From the NCBI RefSeq assembly GCF_045037415.1, contig NZ_CP173438.1: a stretch of DNA of 64,000 nt; one strand, written 5' to 3'. Position numbers and translations under genes: made by a program. Positions 41,767 through 53,187 of this stretch are shown piece by piece. The notes under the pieces are model-generated. The model searched no databases. It saw nothing but the letters and a program-made list of their open reading frames with translations, and was not told the origin of the DNA. Each line of letters opens with the position of its first letter. Within the stretch, counting starts at the first letter, position 1. The stretch is from Escherichia coli. Lineage in GTDB: Bacteria; Pseudomonadota; Gammaproteobacteria; Enterobacterales; Enterobacteriaceae.

Positions 41767-41782
41767 AGTTTAGGGAGATTTG

Positions 41783-42817
41783 ATGGCTTACTCTGTTCAA
41801 AAGTCGCGCCTGGCAAAGGTTGCGGGTGTTTCGCTTGTTTTATTACTCGCTGCCTGTAGTTCTGACTCACGCTATAAGCGTCAGGTCAGTGGTGATGAAG
41901 CCTACCTGGAAGCGGCACCGCTTGCGGAGCTTCATGCCCCGGCTGGAATGATTTTGCCGGTGACCTCCGGCGATTATGCAATCCCGGTGACCAACGGTAG
42001 TGGTGCTGTCGGTAAGGCGCTGGACATTCGTCCACCAGCCCAGCCGTTGGCACTGGTTTCTGGCGCGCGTACCCAGTTCACGGGCGATACCGCTTCATTG
42101 CTGGTGGAAAATGGTCGTGGCAATACTCTGTGGCCGCAGGTGGTTAGCGTGCTGCAGGCGAAAAACTACACCATCACCCAACGTGATGATGCTGGTCAGA
42201 CACTGACCACCGATTGGGTACAATGGAACCGTCTGGACGAAGACGAGCAGTATCGTGGTCGTTATCAAATCTCTGTTAAGCCGCAGGGTTATCAGCAGGC
42301 GGTTACGGTTAAACTGCTGAACCTGGAACAGGCGGGCAAACCGGTTGCAGACGCGGCGTCCATGCAGCGTTACAGCACGGAGATGATGAACGTTATTTCC
42401 GCCGGTCTGGATAAATCTGCCACTGACGCCGCGAACGCTGCGCAAAATCGTGCCTCCACCACTATGGACGTACAAAGTGCAGCTGATGACACCGGTTTAC
42501 CAATGCTGGTCGTACGCGGGCCGTTCAATGTGGTTTGGCAACGTCTGCCAGCTGCGCTGGAAAAAGTGGGCATGAAAGTGACCGACAGCACCCGTTCGCA
42601 GGGCAACATGGCCGTAACTTATAAGCCGCTGTCTGACAGCGAATGGCACGAACTGGGCGCGAGCGATCCAGGTCTGGCATCCGGTGACTATAAACTGCAG
42701 GTTGGCGATTTAGATAACCGCAGCAGCCTACAGTTCATCGATCCGAAAGGTCATACTCTGACTCAGAGTCAGAACGACGCGCTGGTAGCTGTCTTCCAGG
42801 CTGCGTTTAGCAAGTAA
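41783..42817 (+). CDS. bamC: Outer-membrane protein assembly factor BamC (NlpB)
   Basis: 344 aa lipoprotein, lipobox LLAAC. Confidence 0.95.
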   Translation: MAYSVQKSRLAKVAGVSLVLLLAACSSDSRYKRQVSGDEAYLEAAPLAELHAPAGMILPVTSGDYAIPVTNGSGAVGKALDIRPPAQPLALVSGARTQFTGDTASLLVENGRGNTLWPQVVSVLQAKNYTITQRDDAGQTLTTDWVQWNRLDEDEQYRGRYQISVKPQGYQQAVTVKLLNLEQAGKPVADAASMQRYSTEMMNVISAGLDKSATDAANAAQNRASTTMDVQSAADDTGLPMLVVRGPFNVVWQRLPAALEKVGMKVTDSTRSQGNMAVTYKPLSDSEWHELGASDPGLASGDYKLQVGDLDNRSSLQFIDPKGHTLTQSQNDALVAVFQAAFSK

Positions 42818-42860
42818 AAATACAGGGCTGGAGTCATCCGGCCCTTTTTTCTGATATGAT

Positions 42861-42876
42861 ACGCAAACGTGTGCGT
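42861..42876. promoter_or_regulatory. PurR operator-like site upstream of purC
   Basis: ACGCAAACGTGTGCGT, close to the PUR-box consensus. Confidence 0.65.
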
Positions 42877-42920
42877 CGGCAGAAAAACGCGATTTTAGCG
42901 GTAATTCGCACGAAATTTGT

Positions 42921-42975
<55 letters not shown>

Positions 42976-43029
42976 ACACCAGACAGCAAAAGATTTTAAA
43001 ACGTTAATTCACACCCAGGAGTGATAAAG

Positions 43030-43743
43030 ATGCAAAAGCAAGCTGAGTTGTATCGTGGTAAAGCGAAAACCGTATACAGCACGGAAAACCCGGACCTGTT
43101 GGTGCTCGAATTCCGCAATGATACGTCAGCAGGGGATGGCGCGCGCATTGAGCAGTTTGATCGCAAAGGTATGGTGAACAACAAGTTCAACTACTTCATT
43201 ATGAGCAAACTGGCTGAAGCGGGTATCCCGACTCAAATGGAGCGTCTGCTCTCCGATACCGAATGTCTGGTGAAAAAGCTGGATATGGTGCCGGTTGAGT
43301 GTGTCGTGCGTAACCGTGCTGCTGGCTCTCTGGTGAAACGTCTTGGAATCGAAGAAGGTATTGAGCTGAACCCGCCGCTGTTCGATCTGTTCCTGAAAAA
43401 CGACGCCATGCACGATCCGATGGTCAACGAATCTTACTGCGAAACCTTTGGCTGGGTGAGCAAAGAGAACCTGGCGCGTATGAAAGAGCTGACCTACAAA
43501 GCGAACGACGTGCTGAAAAAACTGTTCGATGATGCTGGTCTGATTCTGGTCGACTTCAAGCTGGAGTTTGGTCTGTACAAAGGCGAAGTGGTTCTGGGCG
43601 ATGAGTTCTCCCCGGACGGCAGCCGCCTGTGGGACAAAGAAACGCTGGAGAAAATGGACAAAGACCGTTTCCGCCAGAGCCTCGGTGGCCTGATCGAAGC
43701 CTATGAAGCCGTCGCCCGCCGCCTGGGTGTACAGCTGGACTGA
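43030..43743 (+). CDS. purC: SAICAR synthetase
   Basis: 237 aa from [16 protein letters not shown]. Confidence 0.95.
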
Positions 43744-43910
43744 TTTTTCTGTTCATCATCTTGCCGTGCTGCTGGCACGGCAAGACAACCGCTCTCATAA
43801 GATGAGTATTGAACGCTCATTCCTCCGCCATTTCATCCCGCTTTCCTGTGGTAATCTTCCTCTGAACCACCTACGATCATTTCTATAATGAATATAATGT
43901 TGAGGTATCT

Positions 43911-44774
43911 ATGCGTTGGCAAGGGCGACGTGAAAGTGACAATGTTGAAGACAGGCGCAATAGCTCCGGCGGTCCGTCAATGGGCGGTCCCGGTTTTCGC
44001 CTGCCAAGCGGTAAAGGCGGGCTGATTTTACTGATAGTCGTGCTGGTTGCAGGCTACTATGGCGTTGATTTAACCGGGTTGATGACCGGACAGCCGGTTT
44101 CCCAACAGCAATCAACGCGGTCAATTAGCCCTAATGAAGACGAAGCCGCAAAATTCACCTCGGTGATTCTGGCAACCACGGAAGACACCTGGGGACAGCA
44201 ATTCGAGAAGATGGGTAAAACCTATCAGCAACCGAAGCTGGTCATGTACCGTGGAATGACGCGTACCGGCTGCGGGGCGGGCCAGTCCATAATGGGGCCA
44301 TTCTATTGCCCGGCGGATGGCACAGTTTATATCGATCTCTCCTTCTATGATGACATGAAAGACAAACTTGGCGCGGATGGCGATTTTGCCCAGGGGTACG
44401 TTATCGCTCATGAAGTCGGTCATCATGTGCAGAAACTGTTAGGCATCGAGCCGAAAGTTCGTCAACTGCAACAAAACGCGACGCAGGCGGAAGTAAACCG
44501 CTTATCTGTGCGTATGGAACTCCAGGCCGACTGTTTTGCCGGTGTCTGGGGGCATAGTATGCAGCAGCAAGGTGTTCTGGAAACCGGCGATCTGGAAGAG
44601 GCGCTGAACGCGGCGCAGGCCATCGGCGATGACCGTTTACAACAGCAAAGTCAGGGGCGAGTAGTACCAGACAGTTTCACTCATGGCACTTCTCAGCAAC
44701 GCTACAGCTGGTTTAAACGTGGTTTCGACAGCGGCGATCCGGCACAATGCAATACTTTTGGTAAAAGCATTTAA
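43911..44774 (+). CDS. ypfJ: Putative zinc metallopeptidase-like protein YpfJ
   Basis: 287 aa; TM anchor; HEVGHH motif. Confidence 0.9.
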
Positions 44775-44788
44775 CTTCCGGGGCAGGG

Positions 44789-46804
44789 ATGGCTGAACTG
44801 ACTGCGCTTCACACATTAACAGCGCAAATGAAACGTGAAGGGATCCGCCGCTTGCTGGTGTTGAGCGGGGAAGAGCGTTGGTGTTTTGATCATGCGCTTA
44901 AGTTGCGTGATGCCTTACCTGGCGACTGGCTGTGGATTTCGCCGCAGCCAGATGCTGAAAACCACTGTTCTCCCTCGGCACTACAAACTTTACTTGGGCG
45001 CGAGTTCCGGCATGCGGTATTCGACGCCCGCCACGGCTTTGATGCCGCTGCCTTTGCGGCACTTAGCGGAACGTTGAAAGCGGGAAGCTGGCTGGTGTTG
45101 TTACTCCCTGTATGGGATGAGTGGGAAAACCAACCTGATGCCGACTCGCTGCGCTGGAGTGATTGCCCTGACCCTATTGCGACGCCGCATTTTGTCCAGC
45201 ATTTCAAACGCGTACTTACGGCGAATAACGACGCTATCCTCTGGCGGCAAAACCAGCCGTTCTCGTTGGCGCATTTTACTCCCCGTACTGACTGGCACCC
45301 CGCTACCGGCGCACCACAACCAGAACAACAGCAACTCTTACAGCAGCTACTGACCATGCCGCCGGGTGTGGCAGCGGTAACTGCTGCGCGTGGGCGCGGT
45401 AAGTCGGCGTTGGCAGGGCAACTCATTTCTCGTATTGCGGGCAGTGCGATTGTCACCGCTCCCGCAAAAGCGGCAACGGATGTACTGGCACAATTTGCGG
45501 GCGAGAAGTTTCGCTTTATTGCGCCGGATGCCTTGTTAGCCAGCGATGAGCAAGCCGACTGGCTGGTGGTCGATGAAGCCGCAGCTATACCTGCGCCGTT
45601 GTTGTATCAACTGGTATCGCGTTTTCCTCGAACGTTGTTAACTACTACGGTGCAGGGCTACGAAGGCACCGGACGTGGTTTTTTGCTGAAATTTTGCGCT
45701 CGCTTTCCGCATTTACACCGTTTTGAACTACAACAGCCGATCCGTTGGGCGCAGGGATGCCCGCTGGAAAAAATGGTTAGTGAGGCACTGGTGTTTGACG
45801 ATGAAAACTTCACCCATACACCACAAGGCAATATCGTTATTTCCGCATTTGAACAGACGTTATGGCGAAGCGAGCCAGAAACGCCGTTAAAGGTTTATCA
45901 GTTATTGTCTGGTGCGCACTACCGGACCTCGCCGCTGGATTTACGCCGCATGATGGATGCACCAGGTCAACATTTTTTACAGGCGGCTGGCGGAAACGAG
46001 ATTGCCGGAGCGCTGTGGCTGGTGGATGAGGGCGGATTATCTCAAGAACTCAGTCAGGCGGTATGGGCGGGTTTTCGTCGCCCGCGGGGTAATCTGGTGG
46101 CCCAGTCGCTGGCGGCGCACGGCAGCAATCCACTGGCGGCGACATTGCGCGGACGGCGGGTTAGCCGGATAGCAGTTCATCCGACTCGTCAGCGGGAAGG
46201 CACAGGGCGACAGCTTATTGCTGGTGCTTTGCAATATATTCATGACCTCGACTATCTTTCGGTGAGTTTTGGTTACACCGAGGAGTTATGGCGTTTCTGG
46301 CAACGCTGCGGTTTTGTGCTGGTGCGAATGGGTAATCATCGTGAAGCCAGCAGCGGTTGCTATACGGCGATGGCGCTGTTACCGATGAGTGATGCGGGTA
46401 AACAGCTGGCTGAACGTGAGCATTACCGTTTACGTCGCGATGCGCAAGCTCTCGCGCAGTGGAATGGCGAAATGCTTCCTGTTGATCCACTAAACGATGC
46501 CGTCCTTTCTGACGACGACTGGCTTGAACTGGCCGGTTTTGCTTTCACTCATCGTCCGCTATTAACGTCGTTAGGTTGCTTATTGCGTCTGCTACAAACC
46601 AGCGAACTGGCATTACCGGCGCTGCGTGGGCGTTTACAGAAAAACGCCAGTGACGCGCAGTTATGTACCACACTTAAACTTTCAGGCCGTAAGCTGTTAC
46701 TGGTTCGCCAGCGGGAAGAGGCCGCGCAGGCGCTATTCGCACTTGATGATGTTCGCACTGAGCGTCTGCGCGATCGCATAACGCAATGGCAATTTTTTCA
46801 CTGA
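44789..46804 (+). CDS. tmcA: tRNA(Met) cytidine acetyltransferase TmcA
   Basis: 671 aa; helicase-like and GNAT regions. Confidence 0.9.
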   Translation: MAELTALHTLTAQMKREGIRRLLVLSGEERWCFDHALKLRDALPGDWLWISPQPDAENHCSPSALQTLLGREFRHAVFDARHGFDAAAFAALSGTLKAGSWLVLLLPVWDEWENQPDADSLRWSDCPDPIATPHFVQHFKRVLTANNDAILWRQNQPFSLAHFTPRTDWHPATGAPQPEQQQLLQQLLTMPPGVAAVTAARGRGKSALAGQLISRIAGSAIVTAPAKAATDVLAQFAGEKFRFIAPDALLASDEQADWLVVDEAAAIPAPLLYQLVSRFPRTLLTTTVQGYEGTGRGFLLKFCARFPHLHRFELQQPIRWAQGCPLEKMVSEALVFDDENFTHTPQGNIVISAFEQTLWRSEPETPLKVYQLLSGAHYRTSPLDLRRMMDAPGQHFLQAAGGNEIAGALWLVDEGGLSQELSQAVWAGFRRPRGNLVAQSLAAHGSNPLAATLRGRRVSRIAVHPTRQREGTGRQLIAGALQYIHDLDYLSVSFGYTEELWRFWQRCGFVLVRMGNHREASSGCYTAMALLPMSDAGKQLAEREHYRLRRDAQALAQWNGEMLPVDPLNDAVLSDDDWLELAGFAFTHRPLLTSLGCLLRLLQTSELALPALRGRLQKNASDAQLCTTLKLSGRKLLLVRQREEAAQALFALDDVRTERLRDRITQWQFFH

Positions 46805-46877
46805 CTCCTTCAATTTTCTCCCATGGTCATTGTGAGTCAGCGGCGTAAAATTAATGACATCAGTTAAGGAGTTCGCC

Positions 46878-47576
46878 ATGAAACATGACCATTTTGTTGT
46901 TCAAAGCCCGGATAAACCAGCACAACAGTTGTTACTGCTTTTCCACGGTGTCGGGGATAACCCGGTGGCAATGGGGGAAATAGGTAGCTGGTTTGCGCCG
47001 CTGTTTCCTGATGCGCTGGTGGTGAGTGTCGGTGGCGCGGAGCCGAGCGGTAATCCGGCGGGGCGTCAGTGGTTTTCGGTGCAGGGTATTACGGAAGATA
47101 ATCGCCAGGCGCGTGTGAATGCCATCATGCCGACGTTTATTGAGACGGTGCGCTACTGGCAGAAACAAAGCGGAGTAGGGGCTAACGCCACGGCGCTAAT
47201 CGGTTTCTCACAAGGCGCGATTATGGCGCTGGAGAGCATTAAAGCCGAACCGGGCCTTGCTTCGCGCGTCATTGCCTTCAACGGACGCTACGCGAGCCTG
47301 CCGGAAACCGCGTCTACAGCCACAACAATTCACTTGATTCATGGCGGTGAAGATCCGGTTATCGATCTGGCGCATGCGGTTGCGGCGCAGGAAGCGTTAA
47401 TCAGTGCCGGTGGTGACGTGACGCTGGATATCGTGGAGGATTTAGGCCATGCGATCGACAATCGCAGTATGCAATTTGCCCTGGATCACTTGCGTTATAC
47501 CATTCCGAAACATTATTTCGACGAAGCGCTAAGCGGCGGTAAGCCTGGCGATGATGATGTGATTGAAATGATGTAA
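46878..47576 (+). CDS. ypfH: Esterase YpfH
   Basis: 232 aa from MKHDHFVVQSPDKP; alpha/beta hydrolase with GFSQG serine motif. Confidence 0.9.
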   Translation: MKHDHFVVQSPDKPAQQLLLLFHGVGDNPVAMGEIGSWFAPLFPDALVVSVGGAEPSGNPAGRQWFSVQGITEDNRQARVNAIMPTFIETVRYWQKQSGVGANATALIGFSQGAIMALESIKAEPGLASRVIAFNGRYASLPETASTATTIHLIHGGEDPVIDLAHAVAAQEALISAGGDVTLDIVEDLGHAIDNRSMQFALDHLRYTIPKHYFDEALSGGKPGDDDVIEMM

Positions 47577-47616
47577 TAATAGCCGGGTAGGTCTGATAAG
47601 ACTGTATCAGGCATCA

Positions 47617-47652
47617 TGGCCGGATGCGGCGTTAACGCCTTATCCGGCCACT
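47617..47652. repeat. REP element
   Basis: GCCGGATGCGGCGTTAACGCCTTATCCGGCC. Confidence 0.8.
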
Positions 47653-47656
47653 TAGC

Positions 47657-47857
47657 TTACTTCTTCGGTTGATCCTTTTTCGGCCAGTCGTCGTCATCGT
47701 CCCACTTATCGTTGAAATCACGATGCGGGGGAAGCTCCGGCTTGTTGGCGAGAAATTTCTTATGGTCGACGCGCTTGAGATCTTTAATCACGTTCAGCAG
47801 GACGCCTACCAAAAAGACAATCACCAGAATCCACCAATATTTAGCCAGCCAGTCCAT
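47657..47857 (-). CDS. ypfN: Small membrane protein YpfN (66 aa)
   Basis: [21 protein letters not shown]... with acidic/basic tail. Confidence 0.85.
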
Positions 47858-47884
47858 GCTTATTTCCTCTTGCAGAACCACTCA

Positions 47885-49012
47885 TCAGGCGACGAGCTGT
47901 TCCATGATACGTTGATACATACGGGCAAGTAGCTGCAGGTCGGCAGCGTTCACACATTCATTGATTTTATGAATCGTGGCATTGACCGGCCCGAGTTCCA
48001 CCACCTGCGCCCCCATGCGGGCAATAAAGCGCCCGTCGGACGTTCCGCCTGTGGTCAGTAGCTGCGGTTTAATTTCATTATAGTGCTCAACCGCGTTAAC
48101 GACCGCATCCACCAGTTTACCGCGCGCGGTCAAAAATGGCTGCCCGGAAAGCCACCAATCCACCGTATAGCGCAGTTGATGTTTTTCAAGCAGGGCAAGC
48201 ACCTGCGCTTTGATCATCTCATCCGTCAGTTCGGTGCTAAAGCGGAAGTTAAACTGCACAAACAGTTCACCTGGAATAACGTTGTTACTGCCCGTTCCCG
48301 CCTGAATATTGGCAATCTGCATACTGGTCGCCGGGAAGAAGTCATTACCCTGATCCCACTCAATAGCCACTAATTCATTAATGAAAGGTGCTGCGCGATG
48401 TACCGGATTGTCAGCCAGATGTGGGTAGGCAACATGCCCCTGAACGCCATGAATGGTAAGGTTGCAGGTTAACGATCCGCGACGACCATTTTTCACCACA
48501 TCACCTACCACTTCGATACTCGACGGTTCGCCAACCAGACAGTAATCGAGACGCTCATTACGCGCCATTAACGCTTCGACGACTTTTACCGTACCGTTGT
48601 GGGCACTAGCTTCTTCATCAGAGGTGATCAGAAATGCCAGTCGCCCTGTATGGTTGGGATGTTGTGCGACAAAGCGTTCTGCCGCTACCACCATCGCCGC
48701 CAGCGAGCCTTTCATATCTGCCGCACCTCGCCCAAATAACATGCCGTCACGAATGGTTGGTTCAAATGGTGGATTGATCCAACGGTCGGCGTCGCCAGGC
48801 GGCACCACGTCGGTATGCCCGGCAAAGGCTAACGTTTCACCCTGCCCGCGCCATGCCCAAAAATTCTGCGTATCGGCAAAGTCCATGCGTTCAACGGTAA
48901 AACCGATCGCCTGCAAACGTTCAATCAACAAAGCCTGGCATCCTGCGTCATCAGGACTCAGGGAAGGGCGGCGAATAAGCTGTTGTGTCAGCTCAATAAC
49001 CGGGCACGACAT
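47885..49012 (-). CDS. dapE: Succinyl-diaminopimelate desuccinylase
   Basis: 375 aa M20 peptidase-family enzyme. Confidence 0.95.
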   Translation of the reverse strand: MSCPVIELTQQLIRRPSLSPDDAGCQALLIERLQAIGFTVERMDFADTQNFWAWRGQGETLAFAGHTDVVPPGDADRWINPPFEPTIRDGMLFGRGAADMKGSLAAMVVAAERFVAQHPNHTGRLAFLITSDEEASAHNGTVKVVEALMARNERLDYCLVGEPSSIEVVGDVVKNGRRGSLTCNLTIHGVQGHVAYPHLADNPVHRAAPFINELVAIEWDQGNDFFPATSMQIANIQAGTGSNNVIPGELFVQFNFRFSTELTDEMIKAQVLALLEKHQLRYTVDWWLSGQPFLTARGKLVDAVVNAVEHYNEIKPQLLTTGGTSDGRFIARMGAQVVELGPVNATIHKINECVNAADLQLLARMYQRIMEQLVA

Positions 49013-49015
49013 AGA

Positions 49016-49390
<375 letters not shown>

Positions 49391-49752
49391 TTATGAGAAT
49401 AAATACTCATTTAAGGGTGAAAACATTTTGCCTGCAAATGATTATCAGGAAATATAACATTATCGAAGTATTCAAATTAACAACTATTAAATAACATTAA
49501 ACATTTTTAACGTAAACATTAAGAATATTCATCTTGTTATCTGTCTGTATTTTAACCAGAATTAAATCAGTATTAGATGCCGTATGAATATCTCGAAATG
49601 TTGCGGTGTATCACATACAAATCATCACCGCAGGACCATAGTATTTACATAAGGTTTGTCCCCCGGAGGTAGTCATCGCAGCAATCGAGTAAATTAGCTT
49701 CACCACGGTATATTGTTTCCGTAGAATACCCATAATTATAAGAGAGGTTGTT

Positions 49753-49812
49753 ATGATTGAACGTGAACTGGGGAACTGGAAAGACTTTATCGAAGTTATG
49801 CTTCGTAAGTAA
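49753..49812 (+). CDS. ypfM: Small protein YpfM (19 aa)
   Basis: AGAGAGG RBS then ATG; MIERELGNWKDFIEVMLRK; not in ORF track because below size cutoff. Confidence 0.7.
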   Translation: MIERELGNWKDFIEVMLRK

Positions 49813-49877
49813 TTCCTGAGACAAAGTACAAACAGCAAGAACCCGCTGAGCAGGTTCTTAATCGGAAAGTTGAAAAG

Positions 49878-49905
49878 GGCGACACATTGGCATGTCGCCT
49901 TTTTT
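49878..49905 (+). terminator. Rho-independent terminator between ypfM and the 3' end of acrD
   Basis: GGCGACA-N8-TGTCGCC hairpin followed by TTTTTT. Confidence 0.75.
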
Positions 49906-49910
49906 ATTGC

Positions 49911-52900
49911 TTATTCCGGGCGCGGCTTCAGCGGGAAGCGGCGGCGCACCAGCACAAAGAACAGCGGCACGAAGTAAATAGCCAGAATAGTGGCCGAAAT
50001 CATCCCGCCCATTACGCCAGTACCCACCGCATGCTGACCACCGGAACCGGCACCTGTGCTGGTTGCCATTGGCAATACGCCGAAGATAAATGCCAGCGAG
50101 GTCATCAGAATCGGGCGTAAACGCTGACGGCAGGCGTGGAGCGTCGCTTCAAACAGGTCGTGGCCTTTTTGGTTCATCTCGTTAGCAAACTCGACGATCA
50201 GGATGGCGTTTTTCGCCGATAAACCAATGACCGTTAACAGGCCCACCTGGAAGTAAACATCGTTTTCCAGCCCGCGCATCCAGGTTGCCAGCAGCGCGCC
50301 GATAACCCCCAGCGGCACGACCAGCATTACCGAGAACGGCACCGACCAGCTTTCATACAGCGCAGCCAGACACAGGAATACCACCAGCAAGGAAATGGCG
50401 TACAGCGCCGGAGCCTGCGCGCCGGAAAGCCGCTCCTGATACGACATCGCCGTCCACTCCAGACCAAAGCCGTTTGGCAACTGCTTCACTAACGATTCCA
50501 TAATATCCATCGCCGTACCGGTACTGACCCCCGGTGCGGCTTCCCCAACAATCTCAACCGCAGAATAACCGTTATAGCGTTCCAGACGCGGCGAGCCTGT
50601 CTCCCAGCGTGAGGTCGCGAAAGCAGAGAAGGGCACCATGCCGCCATCTTTATTTCGGACATACCAGAGATTGATGTCATCTGGCAGCATGCGATACGGC
50701 GCAGCTGCCTGCACATAGACTTTCTTCACGCGACCGCGATCCATAAAGTCATTCACATAGCTCGAACCCCAGGCGGTTTGCAGTGTGTCGTTAATATCGT
50801 CGATAGCAACGCCCAGCGCCTGAGCTTTACGCTGGTCGATATCAATCTGCAACTGCGGACTGTCGTCGAGGCCGTTATGGCGCACACGGGTTAGCTCCGG
50901 GTTTTCCGCTGCCAGCGCCAGCAACTGGTTTCGTGCTGCCATCAGCGCATCGTGACCCGCTCCAGCGTGGTCCTGCAACTCCATATCAAAACCCGCAGAA
51001 CTACCAAGACCGCTAATTGCTGGCGGGCTGCTGGCGATAACGCGAGCTTCTTTAATCTTGTTAAACGCCTTCGTTGCACGCTCGATAATGGCAAACGAGG
51101 TGCCGGTCTTACTGTCGCGTTCGCTCCAGTCTTTCAGGCGGATAAACATTCGCGCCACGTTTTGCCCGTTCCCCCCAGGGCCAGAACCCACGGTGGCAAA
51201 CACCGACATGATGTTGTCTTTTTCATGGGTGAAGTAATATTTCTCGATTTGCTCAACGACTTTCAGGGTCTGTTGCTGGGTTGAACCGCTGGGCAACTGT
51301 ACCGAGGTAGTAAACATGCCACGGTCTTCCAGCGGTAAGAACGACGTCGGCAAACGCAGGAACAGGAACACCATGCCGCCAAGCAGCAGGACATAAATCA
51401 CAATCCAGCGCAGGCTACGGTGGAGAATTTTCGCCACCCCTTTTTCGTAGCGTTCGGCGTTGCGGTTAAACATCTGGTTAAACCAGGCAAAAAAGCCTTT
51501 TTGCCCGTGATGCTCACCTTTTTTCAGTGGCTTAAGTAGTGTGGCACACAGAGCCGGAGTGAGGATCATCGCTACCAGTACTGACAGCACCATCGCCGCA
51601 ACAATGGTAATAGAGAACTGGCGATAGATGGCACCGGTGGTGCCGCCGAAGAAGGCCATTGGCACAAATACCGCCGAAAGCACCATCGCAATCCCGACCA
51701 GTGCCCCCTGGATCTGCCCCATCGATTTACGTGTGGCTTCGCGAGGAGTGAGTCCTTCCTCACTCATAATACGTTCGACGTTTTCCACCACCACGATGGC
51801 ATCATCCACCAGCAGACCGATCGCCAGCACCATCGCGAACATGGTTAAGGTGTTGACGCTATAGCCGAAGGCATAAAGCACCGAGAAGGTTCCCATCAAC
51901 ACCACCGGCACGGCGATAGTGGGTATCAGCGTGGCGCGGAAGTTTTGCAGGAACAGATACATAACGAGGAAAACCAGGGCGATAGCTTCCAGAAGCGTTT
52001 TCACCACGTCTTCAATGGAGGCTTTTACAAAAGAGGTGGTTTCATACGCCACCTTGTATTCCAGTCCGTGTGGAAAATACTGCGCCAGCTCGTCGAGACG
52101 ATTGAGCACCAGCTCCGCTGTCGCCATTTCGTTCGCGCCGGAGGCCAGTTTTACCCCCAGCCCGGAGGCTGGCTTACCATTGAAGCGGCTAAGATAATCG
52201 TATTTCTCCGCCCCCATTTCGACGGTGGCGACATCGCCCAGCCTTACCTCTGAGCCGTCCTGATTCACCCGCAAGGTGATATCGCGGAACTGTTCTGGTG
52301 TTTGCAGCAGTGACTGGGCGTTAATGGTGGCGTTGAGCGCCTGCTTATCGACGGAAGGCGTACCACCAAGTTGCCCAACCGCAATCTGCGCGTTCTGTGA
52401 TTCAATGGCATCGGTGACATCTTTAGCCGTCATCTGGAAACTGTTGAGTTTCGCCGGGTCCAGCCAGATACGCATGGAATATTGCGAACCATAGGCATCG
52501 ATATCCCCGACGCCATTCACGCGGCTTAACGGGTCCTGAATATTACTGGCAACATAATCGGCAATATCCTGTTTATCCATCGAACCATCGGTAGAGACGA
52601 AGGCAATGGTCAGAATGTTGGTATCGCCGGTTTTACGCACCGTCACGCCCTGATTTTGCACCGCCTGCGGTAACTTTCGCATGGCTGATTGCAGCTGGTT
52701 TTGTACTTGCTGCACGGCTTCGTCCGGATCGGTGCCTGCTTTAAAACTTAACGTGACAGATGCCTGACCGGTGCCGCTGCTCTGAGATGACATATACATC
52801 AGATTATCGAGGCCGGTCATATTTTGCTCGATAACCTGGGTCACGGTGTTTTCCAGCGTCTGGGCCGATGCGCCGGGATAGTTAGCGGTCACTCGCACAT

Positions 52901-53024
52901 TCGGTGGCGCGAGATCGGGGTATTGTTCAACGGGCAATGAAAAAATCGCCAGGGTACCTGTCAGACACAACAGGATTGCCAGCACCCAGGCAAAAATGGG
53001 GCGATCAATAAAGAAATTCGCCAT
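49911..53024 (-). CDS. acrD: RND aminoglycoside efflux pump AcrD
   Basis: 1037-aa RND transporter. Confidence 0.95.
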   Translation of the reverse strand: MANFFIDRPIFAWVLAILLCLTGTLAIFSLPVEQYPDLAPPNVRVTANYPGASAQTLENTVTQVIEQNMTGLDNLMYMSSQSSGTGQASVTLSFKAGTDPDEAVQQVQNQLQSAMRKLPQAVQNQGVTVRKTGDTNILTIAFVSTDGSMDKQDIADYVASNIQDPLSRVNGVGDIDAYGSQYSMRIWLDPAKLNSFQMTAKDVTDAIESQNAQIAVGQLGGTPSVDKQALNATINAQSLLQTPEQFRDITLRVNQDGSEVRLGDVATVEMGAEKYDYLSRFNGKPASGLGVKLASGANEMATAELVLNRLDELAQYFPHGLEYKVAYETTSFVKASIEDVVKTLLEAIALVFLVMYLFLQNFRATLIPTIAVPVVLMGTFSVLYAFGYSVNTLTMFAMVLAIGLLVDDAIVVVENVERIMSEEGLTPREATRKSMGQIQGALVGIAMVLSAVFVPMAFFGGTTGAIYRQFSITIVAAMVLSVLVAMILTPALCATLLKPLKKGEHHGQKGFFAWFNQMFNRNAERYEKGVAKILHRSLRWIVIYVLLLGGMVFLFLRLPTSFLPLEDRGMFTTSVQLPSGSTQQQTLKVVEQIEKYYFTHEKDNIMSVFATVGSGPGGNGQNVARMFIRLKDWSERDSKTGTSFAIIERATKAFNKIKEARVIASSPPAISGLGSSAGFDMELQDHAGAGHDALMAARNQLLALAAENPELTRVRHNGLDDSPQLQIDIDQRKAQALGVAIDDINDTLQTAWGSSYVNDFMDRGRVKKVYVQAAAPYRMLPDDINLWYVRNKDGGMVPFSAFATSRWETGSPRLERYNGYSAVEIVGEAAPGVSTGTAMDIMESLVKQLPNGFGLEWTAMSYQERLSGAQAPALYAISLLVVFLCLAALYESWSVPFSVMLVVPLGVIGALLATWMRGLENDVYFQVGLLTVIGLSAKNAILIVEFANEMNQKGHDLFEATLHACRQRLRPILMTSLAFIFGVLPMATSTGAGSGGQHAVGTGVMGGMISATILAIYFVPLFFVLVRRRFPLKPRPE

Positions 53025-53094
53025 TAAAAGAGGACCTCGTGTTTCTGCGTATCGTTGTAGGCTTGGCTTGCTTCACTGTAGCGGCAAGGTACGA

Positions 53095-53112
53095 GCCAAT
53101 CGTGGAGAAAAA
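53095..53112 (-). promoter_or_regulatory. BaeR-binding site upstream of acrD
   Basis: Minus-strand TTTTTCTCCACGATTGGC, one mismatch to the reported BaeR consensus TTTTTCTCCATDATTGGC. Confidence 0.7.
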
Positions 53113-53187
53113 AAGGAGTTAATGTAAATTATCATGCCCTTTTATACTGAACCTTAAGTGCCACTATTCTTTGGTCAATAAGAGGCA

